Shown: one piece after another, positions 8,801 to 18,371 of the stretch
Layout: each line of letters begins with the position of its first letter
Position numbering within the stretch: the stretch's first letter is position 1
Virus record (IMG/VR): IMGVR_UViG_3300032116_022045
DNA length: 64,000 nt
Source: a virus
Lineage: Duplodnaviria > Caudoviricetes
Strand: one strand, 5' to 3'
Position numbers and translations under genes: made by a program
Notes under the pieces: generated by a model
What the model was told of the DNA's origin: nothing
The model's input: the letters and a program-made list of their open reading frames with translations, nothing else
Database searches by the model: none

Positions 8801-10657
8801 TTAATTTATACCGTATTTATTCTTATCTAAATCAAAATTATATTTTATGTTTTCATATGGTAAATCACATATGTTAAATTTAAATTGAGACATACTACCA
8901 ATAAAGGTACCAGCAAAATTTTGTTCTATTGGTAATCCTCTATCAGCCATATCTAACCCATCAAATGTTTGACTATCAATTAACCCTTGAGAACCACCAC
9001 CTAAACTAAAATTAAACGGAACACCTACTTGTTTTAAATAATGTTCATCAAGTCTTTTAGCGATAAACTCTGGAAAATTATCAACAGTAAATTTTAATTT
9101 AGAATTAATATAAAACATTAGTTTACCTGTTCTTTGTGGTTTTGTTTGTAATTCACAATCAGTTAAATAATTTGTTGTATATCTTATTGTAATATATGAC
9201 CATTCATCAAAAGTAACTAAACCAGATAAAGAATATTCTTCTTTAATAGAAACGTTTGATTCATATAATCTTTGACCTGTGGATGCTGTATAACATGTTC
9301 CAGTAACTGTTAATAGTCTATAACCTATTTTACCATCATCTGTTATTATAAACGCTAATGCGTTATCAACAATATCTTTTTTGTAATCAACAACTGTTTG
9401 TGGTTTTGACCTACCACTAAAACTACATTTTGTTTCAGTACCTAAACCATCATTTGGTCCACAACATGATGTGCATGTACAACCTGAAGATGAAAAACCA
9501 GCACCCCTACCATAAATTAGAAAAGGGTTTTGATAATTATTAACAACTTCAACAGTTTTTTTAATTGCAATACCACCGCCATGATAACTACAAACTGTTT
9601 GTGTACCTAAACCATCATTACTTAATAAATTACAAGTACAATTAGTTGAACTATTTTGTTGCATTGTTTGACCAGTGTTAATTAACACTGTACCAACTGA
9701 ACCAGTTATTGTTGGTCCTCTATTATCTTGTGCTCTACCATAAATTAAAAAAGGATTTGTAATTATTTCTATTTTAACTTGTGGTGGAATTAAAGGTATT
9801 GCAAAACCATTTTCTTCTAAAACAGATATATCATCTTCTTTTATGGTTGTACACCATGTATTAACGGTTCCAGTACAACCAGAATCTTGAGTACAACCAC
9901 TAGTACAACCAGTACTATTACCATAAAATTGATTCCAAAATTTATTTTCAGCTCTTGTACCCATATAAAAGAAAATACCTTTATTGTCTGGATAAACTTC
10001 ATTTAATGTTGTACCTGTAAAACCAGTAAATGAACATTCTTGTCTAGGTCTTAACCAAAATTCGGCTGACCATGCTTCGTTAACCCTTGTTGGTAATACT
10101 TTATAGTTTGTACCATCTAACTTATAAAAACCTTGAAAAAAACCACCACATAGTTCTTCATAAACACCTTCAGTACCACCAGTAAGTGTTCTCCTAGGAT
10201 AAACGTAATTACCAGTTGTTCCAGTAACTAAATTCATTGTAAATCTAGTATCACCAGATGTAATAACCAATGTAGATGCTGTTAATGCACTAAGTAATGC
10301 TAAATTACTGGTATCAGATTGGTCTTTTTGAAATGTTACTAAACCATTATCAATACCTGTTAACCCTAATGTAGTCATTGTGTAACCAGTATTAACAGCA
10401 CCATTCCAATCAACCAAACTTAATAATGTACCTGTACTTGGATTGTTATTTTTATATGTTAAAGTATTATTAAAATCGTACCAAACGACAAAACAATCAC
10501 CTGAAGACAATGAAGATGAAGACCCAGCACCATTACCACCACCAACACTTTTTAAATATCTAACATTCTCATCAGTAGCTAAATAAAAATCCCAGTAATC
10601 AGAATTTGATAACTTTAAATCTATTTTGTTAAAATTGAAATTCTTAATATTCCCCAT
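8801..10657 (-). CDS. Virion structural protein with LamG/ConA-like lectin fold and Cys-rich repeats
   Basis: WSAEFWLRP...WSYITIRY...KLMFYINSKL LamG-like strands; Gly/Thr-rich. Confidence 0.6.
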   Translation of the reverse strand: MGNIKNFNFNKIDLKLSNSDYWDFYLATDENVRYLKSVGGGNGAGSSSSLSSGDCFVVWYDFNNTLTYKNNNPSTGTLLSLVDWNGAVNTGYTMTTLGLTGIDNGLVTFQKDQSDTSNLALLSALTASTLVITSGDTRFTMNLVTGTTGNYVYPRRTLTGGTEGVYEELCGGFFQGFYKLDGTNYKVLPTRVNEAWSAEFWLRPRQECSFTGFTGTTLNEVYPDNKGIFFYMGTRAENKFWNQFYGNSTGCTSGCTQDSGCTGTVNTWCTTIKEDDISVLEENGFAIPLIPPQVKIEIITNPFLIYGRAQDNRGPTITGSVGTVLINTGQTMQQNSSTNCTCNLLSNDGLGTQTVCSYHGGGIAIKKTVEVVNNYQNPFLIYGRGAGFSSSGCTCTSCCGPNDGLGTETKCSFSGRSKPQTVVDYKKDIVDNALAFIITDDGKIGYRLLTVTGTCYTASTGQRLYESNVSIKEEYSLSGLVTFDEWSYITIRYTTNYLTDCELQTKPQRTGKLMFYINSKLKFTVDNFPEFIAKRLDEHYLKQVGVPFNFSLGGGSQGLIDSQTFDGLDMADRGLPIEQNFAGTFIGSMSQFKFNICDLPYENIKYNFDLDKNKYGIN

Positions 10658-12423
10658 TAAAAATCTTCTAAAGCAACTCTTTTCCAGTTGTTACTGGTTT
10701 TTATGTATAAATAATTATCATCTCTTGTGATAGAACCATCAGTACCATTTGTATCAGTAGATGATGATGGCGTGTAAATCGGTATAATTAATTCTTTTGG
10801 TATTAAAGATGTGTTTGTAACCCAATTACCATTGTTATCAACAATAAATTCAGAATTTTTATCTGTATCTACACCATTAATAACGATAATACCACCACCA
10901 TTAGCTGATTCATGAGAACCATTATAATTTAATTCAATATTATTATCTTCAGCAACAACTGTTTGAGTTGTTATGTTAATGTTGCTAACATTCGTATTAT
11001 TGTCTGACAATTGTTTAATAGCTTCAACAATAATAGGAATAACACAATCTGTATGTACACCTTTATACCCACTTTTTTCATTTTTAAATACTAATAATGG
11101 CTCAACATCTTCAACTTGTTGAGCAATAAAACCAAATCTAGGCTTTGTACCACCAGCTGACTTATCAATCCATTCATATGTTACACCACTTAATCCTTTT
11201 ACTATATCTAAAGAATTTTTTATTGATTTTATGTTTTCTTTCAAATTAATATCTGATGTGCTAGATGTTAAAAAACCATTAGCGTCAATATTAACATTAT
11301 TAAAAAAAGCACCAGAACCTAAATTATCAATGTTTAAATTAACCACATGTGTTACATCATTTGCTTTACTACTAATACTTGGACCTAAAACAACTGAATC
11401 GTCATGTGTCGCCTGACTAGCATTACCAAACGAAAAAGAACAAAGTCCTGTTGCTTGACTAGTATCACCACCAGCAAAAGAATAATCACCAGATGCTATT
11501 GTTGCTTTACCAGAAGCATGTGATGCAACACCAGAAGCTTCTGTAGAAGTACCTTCAGCATGTGAAGCATCATTAGAAGCTATTGTTGAAATACCTTCAG
11601 CATGTGAATAATTACCAGTAGCTATTGTATCGCTACCTTCAGCATGTGAGAAAGCACCACCAGCAATTGTTTTAAAACCTTCAGACAAACTAGTGTCACC
11701 AGAAGATATTGTTTCTCGACCCAAAGATATTGAATAATTACCAGTAACTAGTGAATTATAATTAGATAATGCTAAAGAATATTGACCAGTACCACCAGAC
11801 CAATAACCTGTAACACCAGTTAAAGCTTTCCATTCTCCTTTACCCTCAGATGTTGAACAAACCCAAACATACCCAATAACAGGTGTTTTATTAATTATTA
11901 AATCATTTGTTCTAGTTATTCCAGATACATCAACCCAAATAGTTCTACCATTAAAATCTAAACTATTACCACTATAAACTGTTAATAATGTTGTTAAAAT
12001 ACCACCACTATAATTACCAGAACCATCAACAGTCATACCTGTAACTAAAACATCATAAGAAACACCTGTATATGTTAATGCAATGGTATTACCATCAATA
12101 ACTGTTGTTGTGTTTGCACTAAATACAAGATTAACTGTTTGAGTTACAGCAGAATTAGATGGTGTTATAGCAGATAATAACGGGTCACCAATAGACATAA
12201 TCGGATAATTCCAATTAAATATTGTTGTACCAGAATTACCTGAAAAACTACTTGTAAAAAAAACATATGTTTCACTAACACCAGTACTACTGGTATCAAT
12301 ACCAGATGGTAATTGTGAAAAAGGAACACCAAAAACTGTACCACCAGATAAATAGGTGGTTGTTTCAATGTTTTGTTTTATTTGTCTATTATTAGAATAA
12401 TCTAATTTTGTTAAGAATGGCAT
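10657..12423 (-). CDS. Tail fibre with YadA-head-like repeats and a Peptidase_S74 intramolecular chaperone
   Basis: 14-aa repeats such as ATGNYSHAEGISTI and ASGDYSFAGG; S74 motifs SDINLKENI and FGFIAQQVE. Confidence 0.8.
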   Translation of the reverse strand: MPFLTKLDYSNNRQIKQNIETTTYLSGGTVFGVPFSQLPSGIDTSSTGVSETYVFFTSSFSGNSGTTIFNWNYPIMSIGDPLLSAITPSNSAVTQTVNLVFSANTTTVIDGNTIALTYTGVSYDVLVTGMTVDGSGNYSGGILTTLLTVYSGNSLDFNGRTIWVDVSGITRTNDLIINKTPVIGYVWVCSTSEGKGEWKALTGVTGYWSGGTGQYSLALSNYNSLVTGNYSISLGRETISSGDTSLSEGFKTIAGGAFSHAEGSDTIATGNYSHAEGISTIASNDASHAEGTSTEASGVASHASGKATIASGDYSFAGGDTSQATGLCSFSFGNASQATHDDSVVLGPSISSKANDVTHVVNLNIDNLGSGAFFNNVNIDANGFLTSSTSDINLKENIKSIKNSLDIVKGLSGVTYEWIDKSAGGTKPRFGFIAQQVEDVEPLLVFKNEKSGYKGVHTDCVIPIIVEAIKQLSDNNTNVSNINITTQTVVAEDNNIELNYNGSHESANGGGIIVINGVDTDKNSEFIVDNNGNWVTNTSLIPKELIIPIYTPSSSTDTNGTDGSITRDDNYLYIKTSNNWKRVALEDF

Positions 12424-12443
12424 CGTATTTTTTTATTTTTATT

Positions 12444-12475
12444 TATAAATATTCTAATATTACAATATATTTATA
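12444..12475. promoter_or_regulatory. Divergent back-to-back pair of late-promoter candidates
   Basis: ATATTTATA on minus at 12444-12452 (fibre operon) and on plus at 12467-12475. Confidence 0.65.
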
Positions 12476-12489
12476 ATAAAATATTTTTT

Positions 12490-12942
12490 ATGAAAAATAA
12501 AAATAAAAACTTAAATATTAATGAACTTGTTGGTGGTGATATTTACGCATCAAGTGGTGATAAACCATTTAATGGGTATTCTGAAATAGAAACTGGCCCT
12601 GTACAAAAATCTTATAATGATTATTCAGATTATGAAAAGGGACAATCAACAACAACTGATAAAGTTTTTGGTAGATATAGACAAAATATACCATGGTTCG
12701 CTGTTTATACATATGGCGGTATGAGGTCAAATGTTGGTCCAATAACATTTGAAAGTAAAATCATAAATAAAAAAACTGTTGAAGAAACAATAGATTCTAT
12801 CGTTAAAAAACGTTCTAATAACGATATTAAATCTAAAGATGATAATCCTAAATTTAATAAAATATTAGATTTAATAGATGATATTAATTTAACAGATGAA
12901 CAAATAAAAAAATTAAAAGAAAAATTAAATAAAGATGCCTAA
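12490..12942 (+). CDS. Hypothetical late protein
   Basis: 150-aa ORF after a late motif. Confidence 0.6.
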   Translation: MKNKNKNLNINELVGGDIYASSGDKPFNGYSEIETGPVQKSYNDYSDYEKGQSTTTDKVFGRYRQNIPWFAVYTYGGMRSNVGPITFESKIINKKTVEETIDSIVKKRSNNDIKSKDDNPKFNKILDLIDDINLTDEQIKKLKEKLNKDA

Positions 12943-13384
12943 TTCAAATTTAAAAGACAAATACTATAATATCGATGGTGAACAATTAAAGTACACTGCT
13001 ATTGCTATGCGTGAATCTAGATTGAAAAAAGCCAAAGAATTATGTGAAAGTTCTAAAAATTGTGAAGAATTTAATAAATTGGGTGGTCAACAAAAGCTAA
13101 ATAGATATACTGAAATAATAAAAAAAGAACAAGAAATTGATTATAAAATAAAAGACGAAAAAAGAAAAGGTGGTTTAGAAAATCAATTTATAAAAAAACA
13201 CACTAAAGATAAAAATAACGCAAACCCTACAGAAGTGGGTGGTGTACCTTTAGTAACAAAAGGTAATACTTTTGACAAAATAATGTCTGGTAAAGATATT
13301 TATAATGAAAATATTGAAAAAGAAATTATTGAGATAAAGTATTTAATAGAATACATGAATAATAACAAAAAAAATAAAATTTAA
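12935..13384 (+). CDS. Hypothetical protein
   Basis: 149-aa ORF overlapping the previous gene by 8 nt. Confidence 0.6.
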   Translation: MPNSNLKDKYYNIDGEQLKYTAIAMRESRLKKAKELCESSKNCEEFNKLGGQQKLNRYTEIIKKEQEIDYKIKDEKRKGGLENQFIKKHTKDKNNANPTEVGGVPLVTKGNTFDKIMSGKDIYNENIEKEIIEIKYLIEYMNNNKKNKI

Positions 13385-13389
13385 AGAAT

Positions 13390-13764
13390 ATGCCAACAAA
13401 CTACAACGGTGGACAATCACCATTAGAAGCAGCTGCGATTATTGCTAGAAGCAATTTAATCCCTAAGAACATCTATAACAATGAAAGTAATAGTAATCAA
13501 TACGGTGACACGCATACAAGAGCATTGTCTGACACAACAACACCAGTACATGGTAAAGGGTCTGGTAATTATCTAGATATTGAAAATTATAAAGGTGTTG
13601 GTGGTGCATTTGATATTTTTGGTAATGCTAGTAACCCAGGTAGTGGTAGAGAACCATCACTATCATTAAATAGTAGTACATGGGGTTATGGTCCAGATGG
13701 TTTAGGAATGACAAATTATACCGCACCAGACACATCAGCAAATAGAGGTCAAGTTATTATTTAA
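13390..13764 (+). CDS. Gly/Ser/Asn-rich hypothetical protein, possibly virion-associated
   Basis: 124 aa; composition typical of virion proteins. Confidence 0.55.
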   Translation: MPTNYNGGQSPLEAAAIIARSNLIPKNIYNNESNSNQYGDTHTRALSDTTTPVHGKGSGNYLDIENYKGVGGAFDIFGNASNPGSGREPSLSLNSSTWGYGPDGLGMTNYTAPDTSANRGQVII

Positions 13765-13767
13765 TTA

Positions 13768-14202
13768 ATGAAACTTTACAATTTATTTAAAGATGTTATT
13801 TTAGAAGAAAGAAACCTTTTATCTGAAGGTGTATCTCAATCTCAAATTGAAGACGCTATTAATAATCAATATAACGTCAAAATTGAATATAGAGATTATG
13901 AAAATGAACCACCAAGTAAAAGGTATATTCAGGTATATAACTTATCCAAGACAAAAGCTGGTAATTACGCTATTAGAGCTTATCAAATATTTGGTGGTTC
14001 TAAAACAACACCAAAAGAAGGTTCTTGGAAAATATTTAGATTAGATAGAATAGAAAAATGGGAACCAACAAAAGTAAAATGGAAACAACCAGTATCTGAT
14101 TTAGATAACACTATACCAAAATATAATAAATTAGGAGACAAAACAATGTCAGTAGTATTAAAAAAAGTTAATTTAAAAAATGGAAACACCACAACCAGTT
14201 GA
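13768..14202 (+). CDS. Stand-alone WYL-domain protein
   Basis: VKIEYRD...KRYIQVYNL...YAIRAY...WKIFRLDRI, the WYL (SH3-like) signature. Confidence 0.75.
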   Translation: MKLYNLFKDVILEERNLLSEGVSQSQIEDAINNQYNVKIEYRDYENEPPSKRYIQVYNLSKTKAGNYAIRAYQIFGGSKTTPKEGSWKIFRLDRIEKWEPTKVKWKQPVSDLDNTIPKYNKLGDKTMSVVLKKVNLKNGNTTTS

Positions 14203-14740
14203 TTTAAACAGATTAAAAGGTATTTTAAGTAATGCTAAAAAAGTAATGAAAGTAACGGATGAAAAATTCCCTACTAAAACTGCATCTAAGCAACAAGCAG
14301 AACCAATATATGAAAATATTGGCCCTATGTATGATGAAAATGATGAAAGAGAACCAAATTATAACACTTATAACCCAAGTTCAAATAATAATGATGGTTC
14401 ATATACACAAGAACAAGTATTAGCGTCAAAATTACCACAAGCAATTAAAGAAATAATGATAAAAAAACCAATTCCTAAGATAAATGGTTTACCTCAAAAA
14501 TTTACATTAGATGAATTAAGTGATTTGGTTGAAAAACCAAAAGCTAATAAAAGAACTATTACCGAAAATAAATCAAATAACGATAACATAACAATTAGTC
14601 TATCACAATTAAACGAATTAATAGACCAAAGAGTTAATAAAATTTTAGCTGAACAATTCACAAAACACATTAGTGAACAATCAATTAAAAAAACAATATC
14701 TACTTTGATTAAAGAAGGAAAATTGACTAATAAACGATAA
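14180..14740 (+). CDS. Hypothetical protein
   Basis: 186-aa ORF followed by a terminator. Confidence 0.6.
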   Translation: METPQPVDLNRLKGILSNAKKVMKVTDEKFPTKTASKQQAEPIYENIGPMYDENDEREPNYNTYNPSSNNNDGSYTQEQVLASKLPQAIKEIMIKKPIPKINGLPQKFTLDELSDLVEKPKANKRTITENKSNNDNITISLSQLNELIDQRVNKILAEQFTKHISEQSIKKTISTLIKEGKLTNKR

Positions 14741-14770
14741 ATTAATTATTTAAATGTTTTTTTTTTATTT

Positions 14771-14797
14771 AGGGGAATTTAAGTTCCCCTTTTTTAT
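14771..14797 (+). terminator. Intrinsic terminator
   Basis: AGGGGAA-TTTAAG-TTCCCCT followed by a T-run. Confidence 0.85.
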
Positions 14798-14870
14798 TTA
14801 CAAATTACTTATTAAAGATTATAATTGTTAAGTAATAATAACAATAAAATAAAGAACATAATAAAAAATT

Positions 14871-16150
14871 ATGAATCAAATTAATAAACAAAAAACTACC
14901 CCTGTAGGTCGTAAATGTAAGGTACTTGTAGTCCCTTCAGACCGTACAGGGGTAGGTTAAATGGTTTTTTTAGGTCAACTAATCCACACATTGAATTAGA
15001 AAATAAATATCCTGACTTATTTAGTGTAGATATTGATTATGAACCACAATTAGATAATGATGAATGGTTAAAACAATATGATATTATTCATTATCATAGA
15101 ACTTTAGGTCCTTTTGAAACAATTCAAAATGTTTTAGATAGATGTAAAAAGCTAGGTATTGTTACTATTATGGATATTGATGATTATTGGGCACCAGGTA
15201 ATCACCACCCAGCTTATTTATTAATTAAAAATTCTGGTATGGATAAAAAAATTGAGAATAATCTAAGATATTCTCACAATATCACAACAACTACACCAAT
15301 ATTTGCTAAAGAAATAAGTAAATACAACAAGAATGTTTTTGTATTACCTAATGCAATTGATGAAAAAGAACCACAATTCATTCCAACACCAGTTACATCA
15401 GAAAAATTAAGGATTGGTTGGTTAGGAGGTTCATCCCATTTAAAAGATTTAGAAATTTTAAGTGGATTAGTTAATAGATTAAAAGCAGATGGTTTATTAG
15501 ATAAACTACAATTTGTTTTATGTGGATTCGATTTAAGAGGAACGCATACAGAAATTGATAAAAATACTGGACAACAAAGACAAAGACCTATTTTACCAAA
15601 AGAAAGTGTTTGGTATCTTTATGAAAAAATATTCACAGATGATTATAAAACAATTAGTCCAGAATATAGAGATTTTCTATTAAAATTTGTGCAAGAAGAA
15701 TATAAAGATGTTGAAAATGAACCTTATAGAAGAGTTTGGACTAAACACGTATCTAGTTATGCTACTAATTATAATTTATTTGATGTTTCACTTGCACCAT
15801 TAGAAGAAAATGTGTTTAATAAGAATAAGAGTCAATTAAAAGTTATTGAAGCAGGTTTTCATAAAAAAGCTTTAATAGCACAAAATTTTGGACCTTATCA
15901 AATTGATTTAGTTAATGTATTTAAGAGTGGTGGTGCAATAAATGAAAATGGTAATGCTATTTTAGTTGATTCTAACAGAAACCATAGTGATTGGTATAAA
16001 GCGATTAAAAGACTGATTAACAACCCTGAAGTAATCGATATTATGAAAAATAATTTAAGTAACTTGGTTAAAAGTACTTATAGTGTTGATGCTGTTAATG
16101 AGACAAGAAAAAATCTTTATTTATCTTTATTAGAGAAAAATAAAAATTAA
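14871..16150 (+). CDS. GT-B glycosyltransferase split into a 29-codon N-terminal ORF (14871-14960) and a -1 frame ORF (open 14921-16150); candidate recoded gene
   Basis: Frame 0: MNQINKQKTTPVGRKCKVLVVPSDRTGVG*. The -1 frame continues GFFRSTNPHIELENKYPD...MDIDDYW...LRIGWLGGSSHLKDL...NKSQLKVIEAG. The ORF track captured only 15170 onward. Confidence 0.8.
14896..14954 (+). other. GC-rich 15-bp hairpin ending at the premature stop
   Basis: CTACCCCTGTA-GGTC pairs with GACC-G-TACAGGGGTAG (one bulge, 29-nt loop region). Confidence 0.75.
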
Positions 16151-16151
16151 G

Positions 16152-16183
16152 TTGTTTTTTAGGGTTATTATTTAGTATATTTG
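16152..16183 (+). promoter_or_regulatory. Bacteroidota-type sigma-A promoter
   Basis: TTG-N21-TATATTTG; shares the identical 15-mer TTTAGTATATTTGTT with the polymerase promoter. Confidence 0.6.
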
Positions 16184-16206
16184 TTTTGTAACAAAAAAAT
16201 AAATTT

Positions 16207-16764
16207 ATGTCTTTAGAACAATCAAAAATTATCGCTAACACAAAAAAGTATTTTGACACAGCGAACAAACACGGTTTTATGACCGATGACTTAATGAAAT
16301 TCTTGGGTGAGGATTTGATTAAAGCCCCTGCAACTAATTTAACATCATTATATGGTGCTTATGAAGGTGGTTTAATTGAACACATGCTAAGAGTGGCTAA
16401 ATATGCTGTAGCTGTTAATAATTCTTTATCAGAAGATGAAAGAGTAGATATGAGCAGTTTATTAAAAGTTTGTTTGCTACATCAAATTGGAAAAACTAAG
16501 TTATACATTCCATGTACTTCTGATTGGCACATTAAAAATCAAGGTAAAATGTATGATTACAACAATGACCTTACATCTATGAGAGTTGGTGAGCGAAGTG
16601 TTTATTATGCTCAAACTAATGGCGTTAAATTAACTGAAGAAGAATATTATGCTATCATCTCTTATGATAAGACTGAAGATAAAATGGCTGACTATCATAA
16701 TAGTTTACTTGGTGAACTTTTAAAAATGGGTAATACATTAGCAATTAAAACAGTAAAAAAATAA
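16207..16764 (+). CDS. HD-superfamily protein with HQ in place of HD
   Basis: [10 protein letters not shown] ... CLLHQIGK. Confidence 0.7.
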   Translation: MSLEQSKIIANTKKYFDTANKHGFMTDDLMKFLGEDLIKAPATNLTSLYGAYEGGLIEHMLRVAKYAVAVNNSLSEDERVDMSSLLKVCLLHQIGKTKLYIPCTSDWHIKNQGKMYDYNNDLTSMRVGERSVYYAQTNGVKLTEEEYYAIISYDKTEDKMADYHNSLLGELLKMGNTLAIKTVKK

Positions 16765-16768
16765 TAAT

Positions 16769-17353
16769 ATGAAATTTAGTTTAGATTACATTAGAAAAAA
16801 GATAAACGATATTACTGATAGTAATAAAGATTATGGCGTTAATGATTTTGAAAATGAATTTTCAAAAACATTTGTTGGTGAAGGTTACGATTATGATTTG
16901 TTTAAATTAAATGTGGGTTTTAAAAACGAGTCAAATAATCCAGACCCAGAGTATGCTACTAATGGTTCTTCTGGTTTTGATTTAAGGGCTAATTTAAATG
17001 AATCAGTAACGTTAAAAAGCGGTAATAGAGCAATAATACCTACTGGTTTATATTTTGAGATACCAGAAAACTTTGAAATTCAAATTAGACCAAGGAGTGG
17101 TTTAGCAGCAAAAAATGGTGTTACTGTATTAAACACACCAGGAACAATTGATTCTGATTATACTGGTGAGATTAAAATAATTTTAATTAATCATGGTGAT
17201 GAAGATTTCACAATTAATCATGGTGATAGAATTGCTCAAGGTGTGTTAGCATCAGTATTAAATAAAAAAATTATTAAATTAACTAAACAAACTAACATTA
17301 CTTCTAATACTGAAAGAGGAAATGGTGGTTTTGGTTCAACAGGGATTCAATAA
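16769..17353 (+). CDS. dut: Trimeric dUTPase
   Basis: [38 protein letters not shown]. Confidence 0.97.
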   Translation: MKFSLDYIRKKINDITDSNKDYGVNDFENEFSKTFVGEGYDYDLFKLNVGFKNESNNPDPEYATNGSSGFDLRANLNESVTLKSGNRAIIPTGLYFEIPENFEIQIRPRSGLAAKNGVTVLNTPGTIDSDYTGEIKIILINHGDEDFTINHGDRIAQGVLASVLNKKIIKLTKQTNITSNTERGNGGFGSTGIQ

Positions 17354-17364
17354 CTAAAATAAAT

Positions 17365-18366
17365 ATGAAAAGTAAATTCGATTTTAATGACATTCTAATT
17401 CAACCTGCGACCACATCAAAGATATCTAGTCGTAGTGAAGTAAATCCATACGTAAATGGTTATTTACCCTTAATAACAGCACCAATGGATACTGTTGTTG
17501 ATACTAATAACATAGATTTATATAGTTCACTAAAAATAAATGTTTGTTTACCTAGAGGTGAATATTATGTTGATAATAATGTGTTTATATCTTATTCATT
17601 AGATGATTTTATTTTTCTATATGAAGAAAAACTATTAAACAATAGTGGTAGTTATTTAATTGATATTGCGAATGGCCATATGGAAAAACTATTAACACAT
17701 GTTAGGTTATGTAAAGAAAAATATCCTAACATTAGGCTAATGGTTGGTAATGTTGCTAATCCAGAAACATATGTTGAATTATCAAATGCTGGTGCTGATT
17801 TAGTAAGATGTGGAATAGGTAATGGAAATGCATGTTCTACAACTTTACAAACTGGTGTTGGTTATCCTATGGCTTCTTTAATTCAAGAGTGTTATGACGC
17901 TTCATGTTTATTAGATAATCCAGCTAAAATCGTGGCAGATGGTGGTATGAAGAGTTATAGTGATGTTATTAAAGCATTAGCTTTAGGTGCTGATTATGTT
18001 ATGGTTGGCAGTATTTTTAATAAAGCTATTGAATCTTGTGGTGACAATTATTTATTTGGTAAAATTAAAGTAAGTCAAGAATTTGCTGAATTAGCTTATA
18101 GATACAAATTACCTGTTTATAAGAAATTTAGAGGTATGAGTACTAAAGAAGTTCAGAAAAAATGGGGTAAAGTAAAATTAACAACGTCTGAAGGTGTTAT
18201 TAGATATAGAAAAGTTGAATATCCTTTAAAAAAATGGGTAAATAACTTTGAAGATTATTTAAGAAGTGCTATGAGTTATACTGATTCTAAAACATTAAAT
18301 GAATTTATCGGTAATGTTAGTATAAATAAAATAACTAATAACGCATTTAACAGATTTAATAAATAA
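17365..18366 (+). CDS. guaC: GMP reductase/IMP dehydrogenase family (no CBS domain)
   Basis: ITAPMDTV, IDIANGH, GIGNGNACST (catalytic Cys), IVADGG, FRGMST, LRSAMSY. Confidence 0.85.
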   Translation: MKSKFDFNDILIQPATTSKISSRSEVNPYVNGYLPLITAPMDTVVDTNNIDLYSSLKINVCLPRGEYYVDNNVFISYSLDDFIFLYEEKLLNNSGSYLIDIANGHMEKLLTHVRLCKEKYPNIRLMVGNVANPETYVELSNAGADLVRCGIGNGNACSTTLQTGVGYPMASLIQECYDASCLLDNPAKIVADGGMKSYSDVIKALALGADYVMVGSIFNKAIESCGDNYLFGKIKVSQEFAELAYRYKLPVYKKFRGMSTKEVQKKWGKVKLTTSEGVIRYRKVEYPLKKWVNNFEDYLRSAMSYTDSKTLNEFIGNVSINKITNNAFNRFNK

Positions 18367-18371
18367 AAAAT

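Noticed and set aside
14741-14870. tRNA or ncRNA in intergenic gaps
   Set aside because: No cloverleaf or T-loop (GTTCRA) pattern seen; the gap is explained by a terminator and an AT-rich promoter region.
15170-16150. ORF-track start at ATG 15170 for the glycosyltransferase
   Set aside because: The frame is open with GT-like sequence back to 14921 and the N-terminal strand lies in another frame; starting at 15170 would truncate the Rossmann domain.
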